From an uncultured Bacilli bacterium (lineage in GTDB: Bacteria > Bacillota_I > Bacilli_A > RF39 > UBA660), in contig CAKOXI010000001.1 of NCBI GenBank assembly GCA_934130045.1, forward strand, positions 14,900 through 78,899: a stretch of 64,000 bases of DNA, in the 5' to 3' direction. The notes beneath the pieces are model-generated. The model had not been told where the DNA came from. It was given only the letters and a program-made list of their open reading frames with translations, and did no database searches. Positions 54,855 through 64,000 of this stretch are shown one piece after another; the first letter of the stretch is position 1, and each line of letters opens with the position of its first letter. The position numbers and the translations under genes are program-made.

Positions 54855-56978
54855 ATGAAAGAGTCAATTTTAGAACTTTTAAAAAATTCAGATAAAGCTT
54901 TAAGTGTTTATGAAATAGAAGATAAACTTGGATTAAGTGGTGTTGAAGATTTAAAACAATTATTAAAAGAATTGAATGAACTTGAAGATAATTTATCTAT
55001 TTATAGAACAAACAAAAATAATTATATGCCTTTTACTAATAGTCATTTGAAGGTTGGTAAAATGATTGGCAATAAAAAAGGATTTGGATTTGTTGATATT
55101 GAAGGTGATGAGGATGTATTTATTTCTTCATCTAATATGAATGGCGCAATTCATGGAGATAAGGTAATTGTTGAAATTATTTCTAAAAAAGGACTTGATT
55201 TAGAAGGAAGAATTGTAAAAATAGTTGACCGAAAATTTAAACAAATGGTAGGAGAATTTTATTATGATCATGGAGTTGGTCATGTTAAATTAGATGAAGA
55301 AAAAGTAAAGATTGAATTGATTATTGATAAAAATAAAACTATGGGCGCTATGAATGGTCATAAAGTACTTGTTAAAGTTGGCTCAAAATTACAAGGAAAT
55401 GTTTATAAGGCTGAAGTAATTAAAATTTTGGGACATAAAAATGATCCAGGTGTAGATATTTTATCAATTGTTAATAAATATTCAATAAATGATGTTTTTA
55501 GTGATGAAGTAATGTCAGAAGTAAGTCAATTACCTAATGAAGTTAGTGAAGAAGAAATGAAAGGTAGAAGGGATTTAAGAGAAAAGGAAATATTTACTAT
55601 TGATGGCGATGATACAAAAGATATTGATGATGCTATTTCTATTGATGTATTAGAAAATGGAAATTATAAATTAGGTGTGCATATAGCTGATGTTAGTTAT
55701 TATGTAAAGGAAAATAGTAAATTAGATTGTGAAGCCTATGATAGAGGTACGAGTGTTTATTTAGCTGATAGAGTAATTCCAATGTTACCTCATAAATTGT
55801 CTAATGGTATTTGCTCTTTAAATCCAAATGTTTCAAGACTTGCAATATCATGTGAAATGGAAATAAATAAAAAAGGTGATATTGTATCATATGATATATT
55901 TGAAAGTGTAATATGTTCTAAGAAGCAAATGACTTATAAGTGTGTTAATAAAATATTAGAAGAAAATATTGTTACACCAGGGTATGAACCTTTTGTTGAT
56001 AGTTTATTAAAAATGCAAGAATTAGCTCATATTTTAAGGCAAAATAAAATAAGACGAGGTTATATCGATTTCGATATCGATGAAGCGAAAATTATTGTTA
56101 ATGATAAGGGCGAAGCTATTGATGTTAAGATTCGTGAACGTGGAACTGGTGAAGCTTTAATTGAGGACTTTATGATAGCTGCTAATGAAACAGTTGCAAC
56201 TTGTATTAATTATATGGAGTTACCTTTTGTATATCGTATACATGGTGAACCAAGTGAGGAAAAAATAAATAATTTTTTAAGATTTGTTAATATTTTAGGA
56301 TATAAAGTTAATGGAAAAATAAAGGGTAATATAACTCCTTATAGTATGCAAAATATATTGGCACAGTTAAAAGATAAAAAAGAATTTTCTATTTTATCTA
56401 AACTACTTTTAAGAAGTATGCAAAAAGCTGTTTATGATAAAAATAATATAGGACATTTTGGTCTTGCAAGTAAATGTTATACACATTTTACTTCACCTAT
56501 TAGAAGATATCCAGATACTACAGTACATAGATTATTAAGAAAATATTTATTTGAACATAAATTAGATAGTGATACATTAGAGTATTGGGATAATAAACTG
56601 CCATTTTTAACTGAACATGCATCAAATAAAGAAAGAGATTCTATTGAATGTGAAAGAGAAGTAGATGATATGAAAAAGGCAGAATATATGTCTAAACATA
56701 TTGGCGAAGAATTTGATGGCATGATAAATAGTATTATGAGTTTTGGAATGTTTGTTGAACTACCGAATTTGGTAGAGGGTTTAGTTAAAATAGATGATTT
56801 GACTGATGATACATATATATATGATGAAGAAACTTTTAGTTTAAGAGGAGTTAAAAATAAACGTGGTTATAGACTTGGTGATAATGTAAGAGTTAAAGTT
56901 AAGGCAGCTAATAAGGAAACTAAAACAGTTGATTTTTTAATTGTTAAACCTAATAGTTCAGATATCAAAGAAAATTAG
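54855..56978 (+). CDS. rnr: Ribonuclease R (RNB catalytic domain plus C-terminal S1)
   Basis: The 707-aa product has the RNB motif EIFTIDGDDTKDIDDAISI and a C-terminal S1 domain. A terminator follows. Confidence 0.9.
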   Translation: MKESILELLKNSDKALSVYEIEDKLGLSGVEDLKQLLKELNELEDNLSIYRTNKNNYMPFTNSHLKVGKMIGNKKGFGFVDIEGDEDVFISSSNMNGAIHGDKVIVEIISKKGLDLEGRIVKIVDRKFKQMVGEFYYDHGVGHVKLDEEKVKIELIIDKNKTMGAMNGHKVLVKVGSKLQGNVYKAEVIKILGHKNDPGVDILSIVNKYSINDVFSDEVMSEVSQLPNEVSEEEMKGRRDLREKEIFTIDGDDTKDIDDAISIDVLENGNYKLGVHIADVSYYVKENSKLDCEAYDRGTSVYLADRVIPMLPHKLSNGICSLNPNVSRLAISCEMEINKKGDIVSYDIFESVICSKKQMTYKCVNKILEENIVTPGYEPFVDSLLKMQELAHILRQNKIRRGYIDFDIDEAKIIVNDKGEAIDVKIRERGTGEALIEDFMIAANETVATCINYMELPFVYRIHGEPSEEKINNFLRFVNILGYKVNGKIKGNITPYSMQNILAQLKDKKEFSILSKLLLRSMQKAVYDKNNIGHFGLASKCYTHFTSPIRRYPDTTVHRLLRKYLFEHKLDSDTLEYWDNKLPFLTEHASNKERDSIECEREVDDMKKAEYMSKHIGEEFDGMINSIMSFGMFVELPNLVEGLVKIDDLTDDTYIYDEETFSLRGVKNKRGYRLGDNVRVKVKAANKETKTVDFLIVKPNSSDIKEN

Positions 56979-57206
56979 AATATAATACCTTTAAGGTTAA
57001 TACTAAATAAAAATATTAAATTATTTAGAAATAACTTTAGAGGTTTTTTTTATAAATATAAAATAGCAATTTAATTAATAAAATAACAAAAATAAAATTA
57101 AATGAAAAATAAAAAATACGTTAATTGTTATATCAATTAACATATTCAAAATAAGTCGCACTGTTTATCATATATTTTTTAAGTATTAACTATACTTATA
57201 TTACCA

Positions 57207-57241
57207 TAAAACAAGACTTTTTTCAAGTCTTGTATATTTTT
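57207..57241 (+). terminator. Rho-independent terminator
   Basis: A hairpin caagactt-ttttc-aagtcttg is followed by a T-run. Confidence 0.5.
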
Positions 57242-57274
57242 TTATTCAAGTGTATTAAATATATGAGGTGATTT

Positions 57275-57718
57275 TTGATGAATCTTAATATAGATAATTT
57301 TTCACTTACTAATAGAAATTTAACTTTAAAAAAAATATCAGAATTAAATGAATTAACTTTAAAATATGGATTAAAATTAACTGACAAAGAAATAAATAAT
57401 TTAATTGATCATAAGAATAATATTTTAAAAGAAATAGGAAGAGTTGAAATTCTTGATAATACATTAGAAAATTTAATTTATGAATTTTGTGATTCAAATT
57501 ATATAGATAGTGAAAACTATTATCAAATTTTATATGAATTAACTAATATATTTTATATATACCAAAATGAATTTTGTCATAAATTAACTGATGAACAAAT
57601 TATAAAATATTTAAAATTTAATTTTGAAAATAATTGTGCTTCATCAATAGAACTTTTAGAAAGTGTATATTTTGAAGATTTAAAAAACAAATTATCAAAT
57701 GGATTAAATGATGAATAA
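57275..57718 (+). CDS. Hypothetical protein
   Basis: The 147-aa product overlaps the next gene by 11 nt, so the two are probably co-translated. Confidence 0.4.
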   Translation: MMNLNIDNFSLTNRNLTLKKISELNELTLKYGLKLTDKEINNLIDHKNNILKEIGRVEILDNTLENLIYEFCDSNYIDSENYYQILYELTNIFYIYQNEFCHKLTDEQIIKYLKFNFENNCASSIELLESVYFEDLKNKLSNGLNDE

Positions 57719-59021
57719 AATAACTCATAAAGAAGATTTTATAAAAAATGAACTAGATTATAATAATTTAATTGAAAGTATAATTAATACATCTTTAAAA
57801 TATAAATATATATCACATTCTGAATATCAGCAAATCACTTTAAAAGTTATGGATTTATTATTATTTACAACAAAAAGGTATACGGGTTGTTTAACAAATT
57901 CTGTTACTATTCAAACTTTAAAAAATATTAATGAATCAAATTTATTTATAATAGGTTTATATTTAAAAGAAAAAAGTATAAAAGAAATAATTAATATATT
58001 ATTACTATATGATATAAAAGAAATTTACGATTATAGTAAAAAAAATATTAGTATTATTTTTGAAAAGACGAAATTATTTTATAAAACAATATTTATAAAT
58101 AATTTAATTACGACTGAAAATTATTTTTATAATTCTACGTTAAAAGAGGGAATTTTAAGTTTTTTTAAAATGTATAACTATGATTATGATTCAAAGAATA
58201 TTTTTATTACAGCTGATTATGAACCGTATTTAGAAAGACCAAAATTATGTGGAATTGAATTTATAAAGCAATATCTAGAATATATCAATTATGAAAATAT
58301 TTTTTGCAATAAGTTTTCAAAAGAAAAAATAGAAAACTTATTAAATAATATTTTTGACAATTATATTGATTTACCTATTAATATATTTGAAGTAGTTTTA
58401 ACTACTGCTATTATCTTAAAATATTTAGATAAAGATATTTTTTCTTTAAATATATTAGATATTAATGTTAATACATTGTATAATGATTATAATTTAGATG
58501 ATAAAACATATATTGAAAATTTAGAATATTCCTTAAATGAGATAAAATCAATATTAAACTTGAATAGTAGTGTTAACAATTATATTGATAATAGTTTTAA
58601 TAAAATTTTAAAAAAACTACTTTATTATACAAAAGAAAATCATTTAGATATATTGTTTAGGAAAAATTTAAAAAATGTAATAAACTATGAGGCAAATACA
58701 AGATTAAGTGATAAAGAATATGTAAAGATTTTAGAAAACTTGAAAATGGCAAATAGTTGTGAAAAAGTGTATATATTTAAAAATTACATAACTTCATTAT
58801 ATGATTTTGTAGATATTTTAGATTTAATAGAATTAACAAAAAAAGAATTATTCCAAATTTTTAGTAATTTAAAACTAATTGAATTAATAGTTTTAAAAAA
58901 ATATTTGACTGAATTTGAAAGTAAATATTTAGAAATTTTAAATGAATATATTAGTAGTATGGATATAAGAAAACAAAGTGTTATAAATAATAATTATGAG
59001 TTAGTTATTTTTAAACCATAA
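57708..59021 (+). CDS. Hypothetical protein
   Basis: The 437-aa soluble protein has no recognised motifs. Confidence 0.4.
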   Translation: MMNKITHKEDFIKNELDYNNLIESIINTSLKYKYISHSEYQQITLKVMDLLLFTTKRYTGCLTNSVTIQTLKNINESNLFIIGLYLKEKSIKEIINILLLYDIKEIYDYSKKNISIIFEKTKLFYKTIFINNLITTENYFYNSTLKEGILSFFKMYNYDYDSKNIFITADYEPYLERPKLCGIEFIKQYLEYINYENIFCNKFSKEKIENLLNNIFDNYIDLPINIFEVVLTTAIILKYLDKDIFSLNILDINVNTLYNDYNLDDKTYIENLEYSLNEIKSILNLNSSVNNYIDNSFNKILKKLLYYTKENHLDILFRKNLKNVINYEANTRLSDKEYVKILENLKMANSCEKVYIFKNYITSLYDFVDILDLIELTKKELFQIFSNLKLIELIVLKKYLTEFESKYLEILNEYISSMDIRKQSVINNNYELVIFKP

Positions 59022-59097
59022 CATTAAAATTAAATATAAATATTTTTAAATTACATAAAAATATAGTATAATATCATAGAGTTTATGAGGAGGTAGT

Positions 59098-59403
59098 ATG
59101 AATAATTCGTATTTTGATGGTAGTTTATTACAATTGATATGTGTAAAAATAATAGGATTTTTAGTAACTGTATGTACATTAGGAATTTGTTATCCTTGGG
59201 CTTTATGCAAAGTGTATAATTGGGAGATAAAGCATACAGTTATAGAAGGAAAAAGATTAAGATTTGATGGAAGCGCTGTTGGATTATTTGCTAATTGGAT
59301 AAAATGGCTTTTGTTAATTATTATTACATTAGGTATTTATTCATTTTGGGTTGGAATCGCTTTAAAGAAATGGAAAGCAAAACATACTTTTTTTGAGTGT
59401 TAG
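59098..59403 (+). CDS. Small membrane protein (YjgN/DUF898-like)
   Basis: The product has two hydrophobic hairpins, with TLGICYPWA and TLGIYSFWVG repeats. The RBS is GGAGG. Confidence 0.45.
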   Translation: MNNSYFDGSLLQLICVKIIGFLVTVCTLGICYPWALCKVYNWEIKHTVIEGKRLRFDGSAVGLFANWIKWLLLIIITLGIYSFWVGIALKKWKAKHTFFEC

Positions 59404-59415
59404 TGATTAATTTTT

Positions 59416-59447
59416 ATAGGAATTAAAAGTTCCTATTTTTATTTTTT
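59416..59447 (+). terminator. Rho-independent terminator
   Basis: A hairpin ataggaa-ttaaaag-ttcctat is followed by a T-run. Confidence 0.5.
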
Positions 59448-59540
59448 AATAAATGTGAAATGTTTTTCATATTGTATTGATTTTATGAATAAACTATGAT
59501 AGTATTAATATGAAAAAAATTTCATATAAAAGGAGGAGTT

Positions 59541-60251
59541 ATGAAAAATTTTATTGAATTTAAAAATGTCGTTAAAACTTATAATGTTGGTGAAAAAAGT
59601 TTTAATGCTTTAGACGGAATGAGTTTTACTATTCCAAAAGGAGAATTTGTAGTAATTTTAGGACCATCTGGTGCCGGAAAATCTACATTATTAAATTTAT
59701 TAGGTGGTATGGATAGTGCTACAAGTGGAAGTATTATAATAGATTCAGAAAATATCGAAAATTTTGACAAAAATCAAATGACTGAATATAGGGCAGAAAA
59801 TGTTGGGTTTATTTTTCAATTTTACAATATTTTGCCTACATTAACAGTTTTAGAAAATGTTGAAATAGTAAAAGATATTGTAAAACAACCAAAAAGTGCT
59901 AGAAAAATTTTAAAAGAGGTAGGACTTTCTAATCATTTAGATAAATTTCCAAATCAATTATCAGGTGGAGAACAACAAAGAGTTTCAATTGCGCGTGCAA
60001 TAGCTAAAAATCCAAAATTATTGTTATGTGATGAACCAACTGGAGCTCTTGATTCAAAAACTGGTGTTGAAGTTTTAAAATTGTTAAAAAAATGCTGTGA
60101 TGCTAATAATGGTGAAAATACAGTTGTAGTTGTTACTCATAATGCTTTAATTGCTGAAATTGCTGATAGAGTAATTAGAGTTAAAAATGGTAAAGTAGAT
60201 AGTATTACTGAAAACAAAAAACCTAAAGATATTGATGAGGTGAAGTGGTAA
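59541..60251 (+). CDS. ABC transporter ATP-binding protein (MacB/LolD/FtsE-like)
   Basis: The product has Walker [10 protein letters not shown], an ABC signature [14 protein letters not shown] and a Walker B LLLCDEPT. Confidence 0.9.
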   Translation: MKNFIEFKNVVKTYNVGEKSFNALDGMSFTIPKGEFVVILGPSGAGKSTLLNLLGGMDSATSGSIIIDSENIENFDKNQMTEYRAENVGFIFQFYNILPTLTVLENVEIVKDIVKQPKSARKILKEVGLSNHLDKFPNQLSGGEQQRVSIARAIAKNPKLLLCDEPTGALDSKTGVEVLKLLKKCCDANNGENTVVVVTHNALIAEIADRVIRVKNGKVDSITENKKPKDIDEVKW

Positions 60252-62626
60252 TGCTTAACAAAAAAATGTTTAGAGATATAAAGAAAAATTTATCTCAATT
60301 TATTACTATATTTTTAATGGTATTTTTAGGAGTTTTTGTATATGCTGGTGTTCATTCTTATATGGATGGAATGGATGTAAGTGGTAAAAATTATTATGAA
60401 GAAAATAATTTGCAAGATTTGTGGCTTGTAAAACAAAATTTTACTTTAGATGATTTAAATACTATAAAAAGTATTGATAATGTAAAAAATGCTGAAAGAC
60501 AACTTTCAATTAATACATCATTAAAAGATTATGATGACGTTACATTAGAAACAATATTTATTGAATCTAATGATATTTCAAAAATGTATGTAGTAGAGGG
60601 AACTGGTTTTGATAGTGACAAAAAAGGTGTTTGGTTTGATAGTTATTTAGCTCGTTATCTAAATTTAAAAGTAGGAGATAAAATTACATTAAACTATCAA
60701 GGATATGAATTAACTGAAGAAATATTAGGATTGATTAATACACCTGATCATGTTTATTTTGTAAAGGATTCTACAGAACTTTTTCCAAATCATAAAGACT
60801 ATGGATATGTCTATCTTTCAATTAATGAATTTCCAACAAGTATAATTGATGATGAATTAAAGGAAAAAACGGGAATTGATGATATTGATAAAATAAAAGA
60901 AAATATAGAAAATTTTGATTATAAAGATTACTATGTTTTTAACAATATTATAGTTGATGTAAATAATATAGATAATGTAGATGCTACAAAACTTGAAATC
61001 GAAGCAGAAATTAATGGTATTATAGCTGCAACAGATAGAAGTGCTAGTCCATCTTATGAAGTTTATAATTCAGAAATTGAGGAAGGTGCAACTTACTCTA
61101 CAGTATTTACTGCCTTATTCTTATTTATCGCTATTTTATCTGTAGTAACAACTATGAATCGTTTTGTAAAGAAACAAAGAATGCAAATTGGTACATTAAA
61201 AGCATTAGGATTCCGTGAAAGCAAAATTGTAAAACACTATATAAGTTATGGATTTTATATTAGTTTACTTGCTTCTATTATGGGATTATTACTAGGAAGT
61301 TTAATAATTGGTAATTTCTTTTTAAATATGGAAATATCATATTTTGAAGTTCCAATATATCACACAGTAATTATTGATAAAGTTTATATTTTAGCTATAG
61401 CAGTTGTTATAATTATAACATTTGTAACATATTTTTCTTGCAAAAAAGTTTTAAAAGAACCTGCTAGTGAATCATTAAGATTACAATTACCTAAGGTAAA
61501 AACTGCTAAATTTAATTTAACAACTAAAGGTATATTTAAAAAATCTTCTTTAACTACAAGATGGAATTTAAGAGACATTTTTAGAAATAAAGGAAGAAGT
61601 ATTATGGCCATAGTTGGAATAGTAGGATCTTGTATGCTAATAGTTTGTGCTTTTGGTCTTTTGGATAGTATGAATGGTTATCTTGATTGGGAATTTGAAA
61701 AAATTTCAAAATTCAAATATAAAATAACATTAGATGGTAGTTATACTGATTCTGAGTTTTCCGATTTAACAGAAAAATATAGTAATGCAACTAGTGAAAG
61801 TATTGGTATAGAAGTTAAAGATAGTGATGGAGTAAAACTAGTTAATACTCTAACTGTTAATGATGCTAAAGACTATTTAAAATATACAGATTATAATAAA
61901 AATTACATTGATCTAAATAGTGATGGCGTATATATTACCGAAAAATTATCAAAAATTTTAAATCTAAAATTAAATGATACAATAAGTTTTCGTATTTTTG
62001 GTAGTGATAAATGGTATGATGTAAAAATATCAGGAATTAATAGAGATCCACAATCACAACAATTAAATATGACAAAGGAATTTTATGAATCATTAGATTT
62101 AGAATATAGGCCAGATACTATATATACTAATCTTGATTTAAGTAGTGTTAAAGAATTACCTGGTGTAAGTCAAATTCAAGGAATAGAAGTATTAAGAAAA
62201 AGTATGGAAAGTATGTTAAATACTATGAAGACTATGTTAGTTATCTTAATTTTAGTAGCGTCTATTTTAGGATTTGTTATTATATATAATTTAGGTATTT
62301 TATCATTTACTGAAAAAAATTATCAATTTTCTACTTTAAAAGTTTTAGGTTTTAAAGATAAACAAATTAGAAAAATATTTGTAAGACAAAATACTTGGTT
62401 AACAATAATCGCAATTATAATTGGATTACCATTAGGATTTTTAATGACTGATTATATTTTTAAATCTGCATTAGGAGACTCTTACGATTTTAATGCAAGT
62501 ATAAAACTTATTTCTTATGTTTTTGCTGCATTTGGAGCATTTATAGTTTCATTTGTAGTAAATAAAATTTTATCTAAAAAGGTAGATAAAATTGATATGG
62601 TAACAAGTTTAAAAGGTAATGAATAA
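60245..62626 (+). CDS. ABC transporter permease with two FtsX-type domains (MacB-like)
   Basis: The 793-aa product has a TM, a large extracytoplasmic domain and 3 TMs, repeated twice. It overlaps the ATPase gene. Confidence 0.8.
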   Translation: MVMLNKKMFRDIKKNLSQFITIFLMVFLGVFVYAGVHSYMDGMDVSGKNYYEENNLQDLWLVKQNFTLDDLNTIKSIDNVKNAERQLSINTSLKDYDDVTLETIFIESNDISKMYVVEGTGFDSDKKGVWFDSYLARYLNLKVGDKITLNYQGYELTEEILGLINTPDHVYFVKDSTELFPNHKDYGYVYLSINEFPTSIIDDELKEKTGIDDIDKIKENIENFDYKDYYVFNNIIVDVNNIDNVDATKLEIEAEINGIIAATDRSASPSYEVYNSEIEEGATYSTVFTALFLFIAILSVVTTMNRFVKKQRMQIGTLKALGFRESKIVKHYISYGFYISLLASIMGLLLGSLIIGNFFLNMEISYFEVPIYHTVIIDKVYILAIAVVIIITFVTYFSCKKVLKEPASESLRLQLPKVKTAKFNLTTKGIFKKSSLTTRWNLRDIFRNKGRSIMAIVGIVGSCMLIVCAFGLLDSMNGYLDWEFEKISKFKYKITLDGSYTDSEFSDLTEKYSNATSESIGIEVKDSDGVKLVNTLTVNDAKDYLKYTDYNKNYIDLNSDGVYITEKLSKILNLKLNDTISFRIFGSDKWYDVKISGINRDPQSQQLNMTKEFYESLDLEYRPDTIYTNLDLSSVKELPGVSQIQGIEVLRKSMESMLNTMKTMLVILILVASILGFVIIYNLGILSFTEKNYQFSTLKVLGFKDKQIRKIFVRQNTWLTIIAIIIGLPLGFLMTDYIFKSALGDSYDFNASIKLISYVFAAFGAFIVSFVVNKILSKKVDKIDMVTSLKGNE

Positions 62627-62683
62627 TTTTTAAAATTTAAAGTAATGTGTTAAAATAGTATTAATTATTAATAGGAGGCATAT

Positions 62684-63286
62684 ATGGGTGAAATAAGAGA
62701 ACCAATAAAAAAATCATCAATTGAGAAAAAAAATAAAATTATTGAAAAAGGTTTTGAATTAATCTGTAATAATGGATATTATAATGTTAATTGTTGTGAT
62801 ATAGCAAAATATGCAGGTGTTTCAACAGGAATTATCTATCAATATTTTAAAGATAAAAAAGACATATTTATTTTAGGTGTAAAAAATTATGCCAATAATA
62901 TAATGTTTCCTATGATTGATATTTTAGATAATACTCATATAGATATTGATAATTTAGAAAATATTTTAAATAAAATGCTTGATAGTTTTATTAAAACACA
63001 TAAAATCAGTAAGAAGGCTCACGAAGAATTAATGGCTATGAGTCATATTGATAAAGAAATCGGCGAAATTTTTGCTGATGGTGAAATCAAAATGGCTAAT
63101 AAAATTGTAGAGGTCTTAAAGTATAATAATTTTAATGAAAAAGACATAAATGAAAATGTTCATATTATTATTGGATTAATTGATAAATTTTGCCATGAGG
63201 TTGTATATCACCAACATAAAAATATAAACTATGATGTAATGAAAAAAAAGATAATTGAAATAACATTATCTTTGTTAGAAAATTAA
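62684..63286 (+). CDS. TetR/AcrR family transcriptional regulator
   Basis: The product has an N-terminal HTH (YNVNCCDIAKYAGVSTGIIYQYFKDKKDIF). Confidence 0.8.
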   Translation: MGEIREPIKKSSIEKKNKIIEKGFELICNNGYYNVNCCDIAKYAGVSTGIIYQYFKDKKDIFILGVKNYANNIMFPMIDILDNTHIDIDNLENILNKMLDSFIKTHKISKKAHEELMAMSHIDKEIGEIFADGEIKMANKIVEVLKYNNFNEKDINENVHIIIGLIDKFCHEVVYHQHKNINYDVMKKKIIEITLSLLEN

Positions 63287-63315
63287 ATATATGTTAATGA
63301 TTTAATAATTAAGTA

Positions 63316-63366
63316 AAAAACTATAAAGTTAGTACTAAAATTATGATGCTAACTTTATAGTTTTTA
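63316..63366. terminator. Bidirectional rho-independent terminator between convergent genes
   Basis: A 13-bp inverted repeat actataaagttag...ctaactttatagt is flanked by an A-run and a T-run. Confidence 0.55.
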
Positions 63367-63945
63367 TTCTTCAATTATTTTTATGTTTTCTTTAAAATAC
63401 TTAGTTAAATTTTTAATATTTCTTTTTAACACAATCATATTTATTATGTCAGAAATCGCATAAACAATGATTACTATTCCTATAAATAATGTAATCGCAA
63501 CTGATGAATCAATTGGATTTAAGATTAAAATAAATCCACATACTATTGATAAAATAGAAATTAACATTAATAATATCCAAGGAGTATTTTTTATTTTGCT
63601 TAAATATAATGTTAAGCGAATTTTAAAAATACTTGTCATTATAAACCATGTACCTAGTATTAATGGAATAATTATGCTTAATATATTAGGATATATTAGT
63701 ATCATAATTCCAAGTAGAATAGATAACATACTTGCTGGTAGTATATCAACAGGAATAAAATTATTATTTAATTTTATATCTGTAATCATTAAAATAATGC
63801 CATTTATAATTAGTATGACTGATAATATAACTCCTAAAATTTCTAAAGACATCTTAGGCATTATTACCATAATAATTCCAATAATTATAAACATAATAGA
63901 TATACAAATTGAAGAATTAATAAATGAATTTAATTTCTTTATCAT
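63364..63945 (-). CDS. Polytopic membrane protein (HdeD/DUF308-like)
   Basis: The 193-aa product has about 6 TM helices. No other motifs are present. Confidence 0.45.
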   Translation of the reverse strand: MIKKLNSFINSSICISIMFIIIGIIMVIMPKMSLEILGVILSVILIINGIILMITDIKLNNNFIPVDILPASMLSILLGIMILIYPNILSIIIPLILGTWFIMTSIFKIRLTLYLSKIKNTPWILLMLISILSIVCGFILILNPIDSSVAITLFIGIVIIVYAISDIINMIVLKRNIKNLTKYFKENIKIIEE

Positions 63946-64000
63946 AACTCACCACCTTTCTTAACTGTTTAATTAATTTATTTTGTGTTATAATAATTAA

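Noticed and set aside
59579-63964. Antisense ORFs within the ABC ATPase (59579-59770), the permease (61384-61611) and the membrane protein (63467-63964)
   Set aside because: They are shadow ORFs of confidently identified genes.
1-64000. Possibility of the Mollicutes genetic code (TGA = Trp) given the extreme AT content
   Set aside because: TGA terminates several well-defined genes (for example dacB at 10259-10261), and Trp is encoded by TGG throughout. The standard bacterial code applies.

Overview
This is a low-GC (~25-28% by eye) Firmicutes-type chromosome segment that uses the standard genetic code (TGA is a stop; Trp is TGG). The presence of dacB-spmA-spmB and scpAB points to a spore-forming Clostridia or Erysipelotrichia-like lineage.

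The 5' third (1-22.7 kb) is housekeeping. It opens with a tRNA tail and tRNA-Asn immediately followed by gatC-gatA-gatB-aspS, then a dacB-spmA-spmB sporulation operon, rluB, ferredoxin, an RlmD-type rRNA methyltransferase, a small surface-modification cluster (GNAT, acyltransferase-3, GtrB-like GT2, orphan receiver), tRNA-Leu(CAA), scpA/scpB and an RNHCP zinc-ribbon protein. Three tandem Tim44-like paralogs sit on the minus strand at 6.7-8.8 kb.

The centre (about 22.7-53.9 kb) is an accessory island with no integrase or relaxase visible. It fuses a Tad/Flp-type pilus module to a Gram-positive-type conjugation-like type IV secretion core. The Tad module comprises CpaB-like, TadA/CpaF ATPase, TadB, TadC, a pilin-sized membrane protein that is a Flp-pilin candidate by position only, two TadE/TadF-like pseudopilins and a TadZ-like protein with a degenerate P-loop. 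The T4SS core comprises two VirB6-like polytopic proteins, a VirB3-like protein, a VirB4 ATPase split across two frames, an M23-peptidase cell-wall hydrolase and a VirD4 coupling protein. The island is headed by a 1148-aa extremely Cys-rich secreted protein. It is flanked on both sides by members of a five-copy family of small two-TM hairpin proteins with divergent Cys-rich tails. It is interrupted by a decayed ISL3-type transposase.

The 3' part returns to core genes: SPFH, rmuC, RNase R, a MacB-type ABC transporter with a TetR regulator, and a DUF308-like membrane protein. Several rho-independent terminators and extended -10 (TGnTATAAT) promoters are readable directly.
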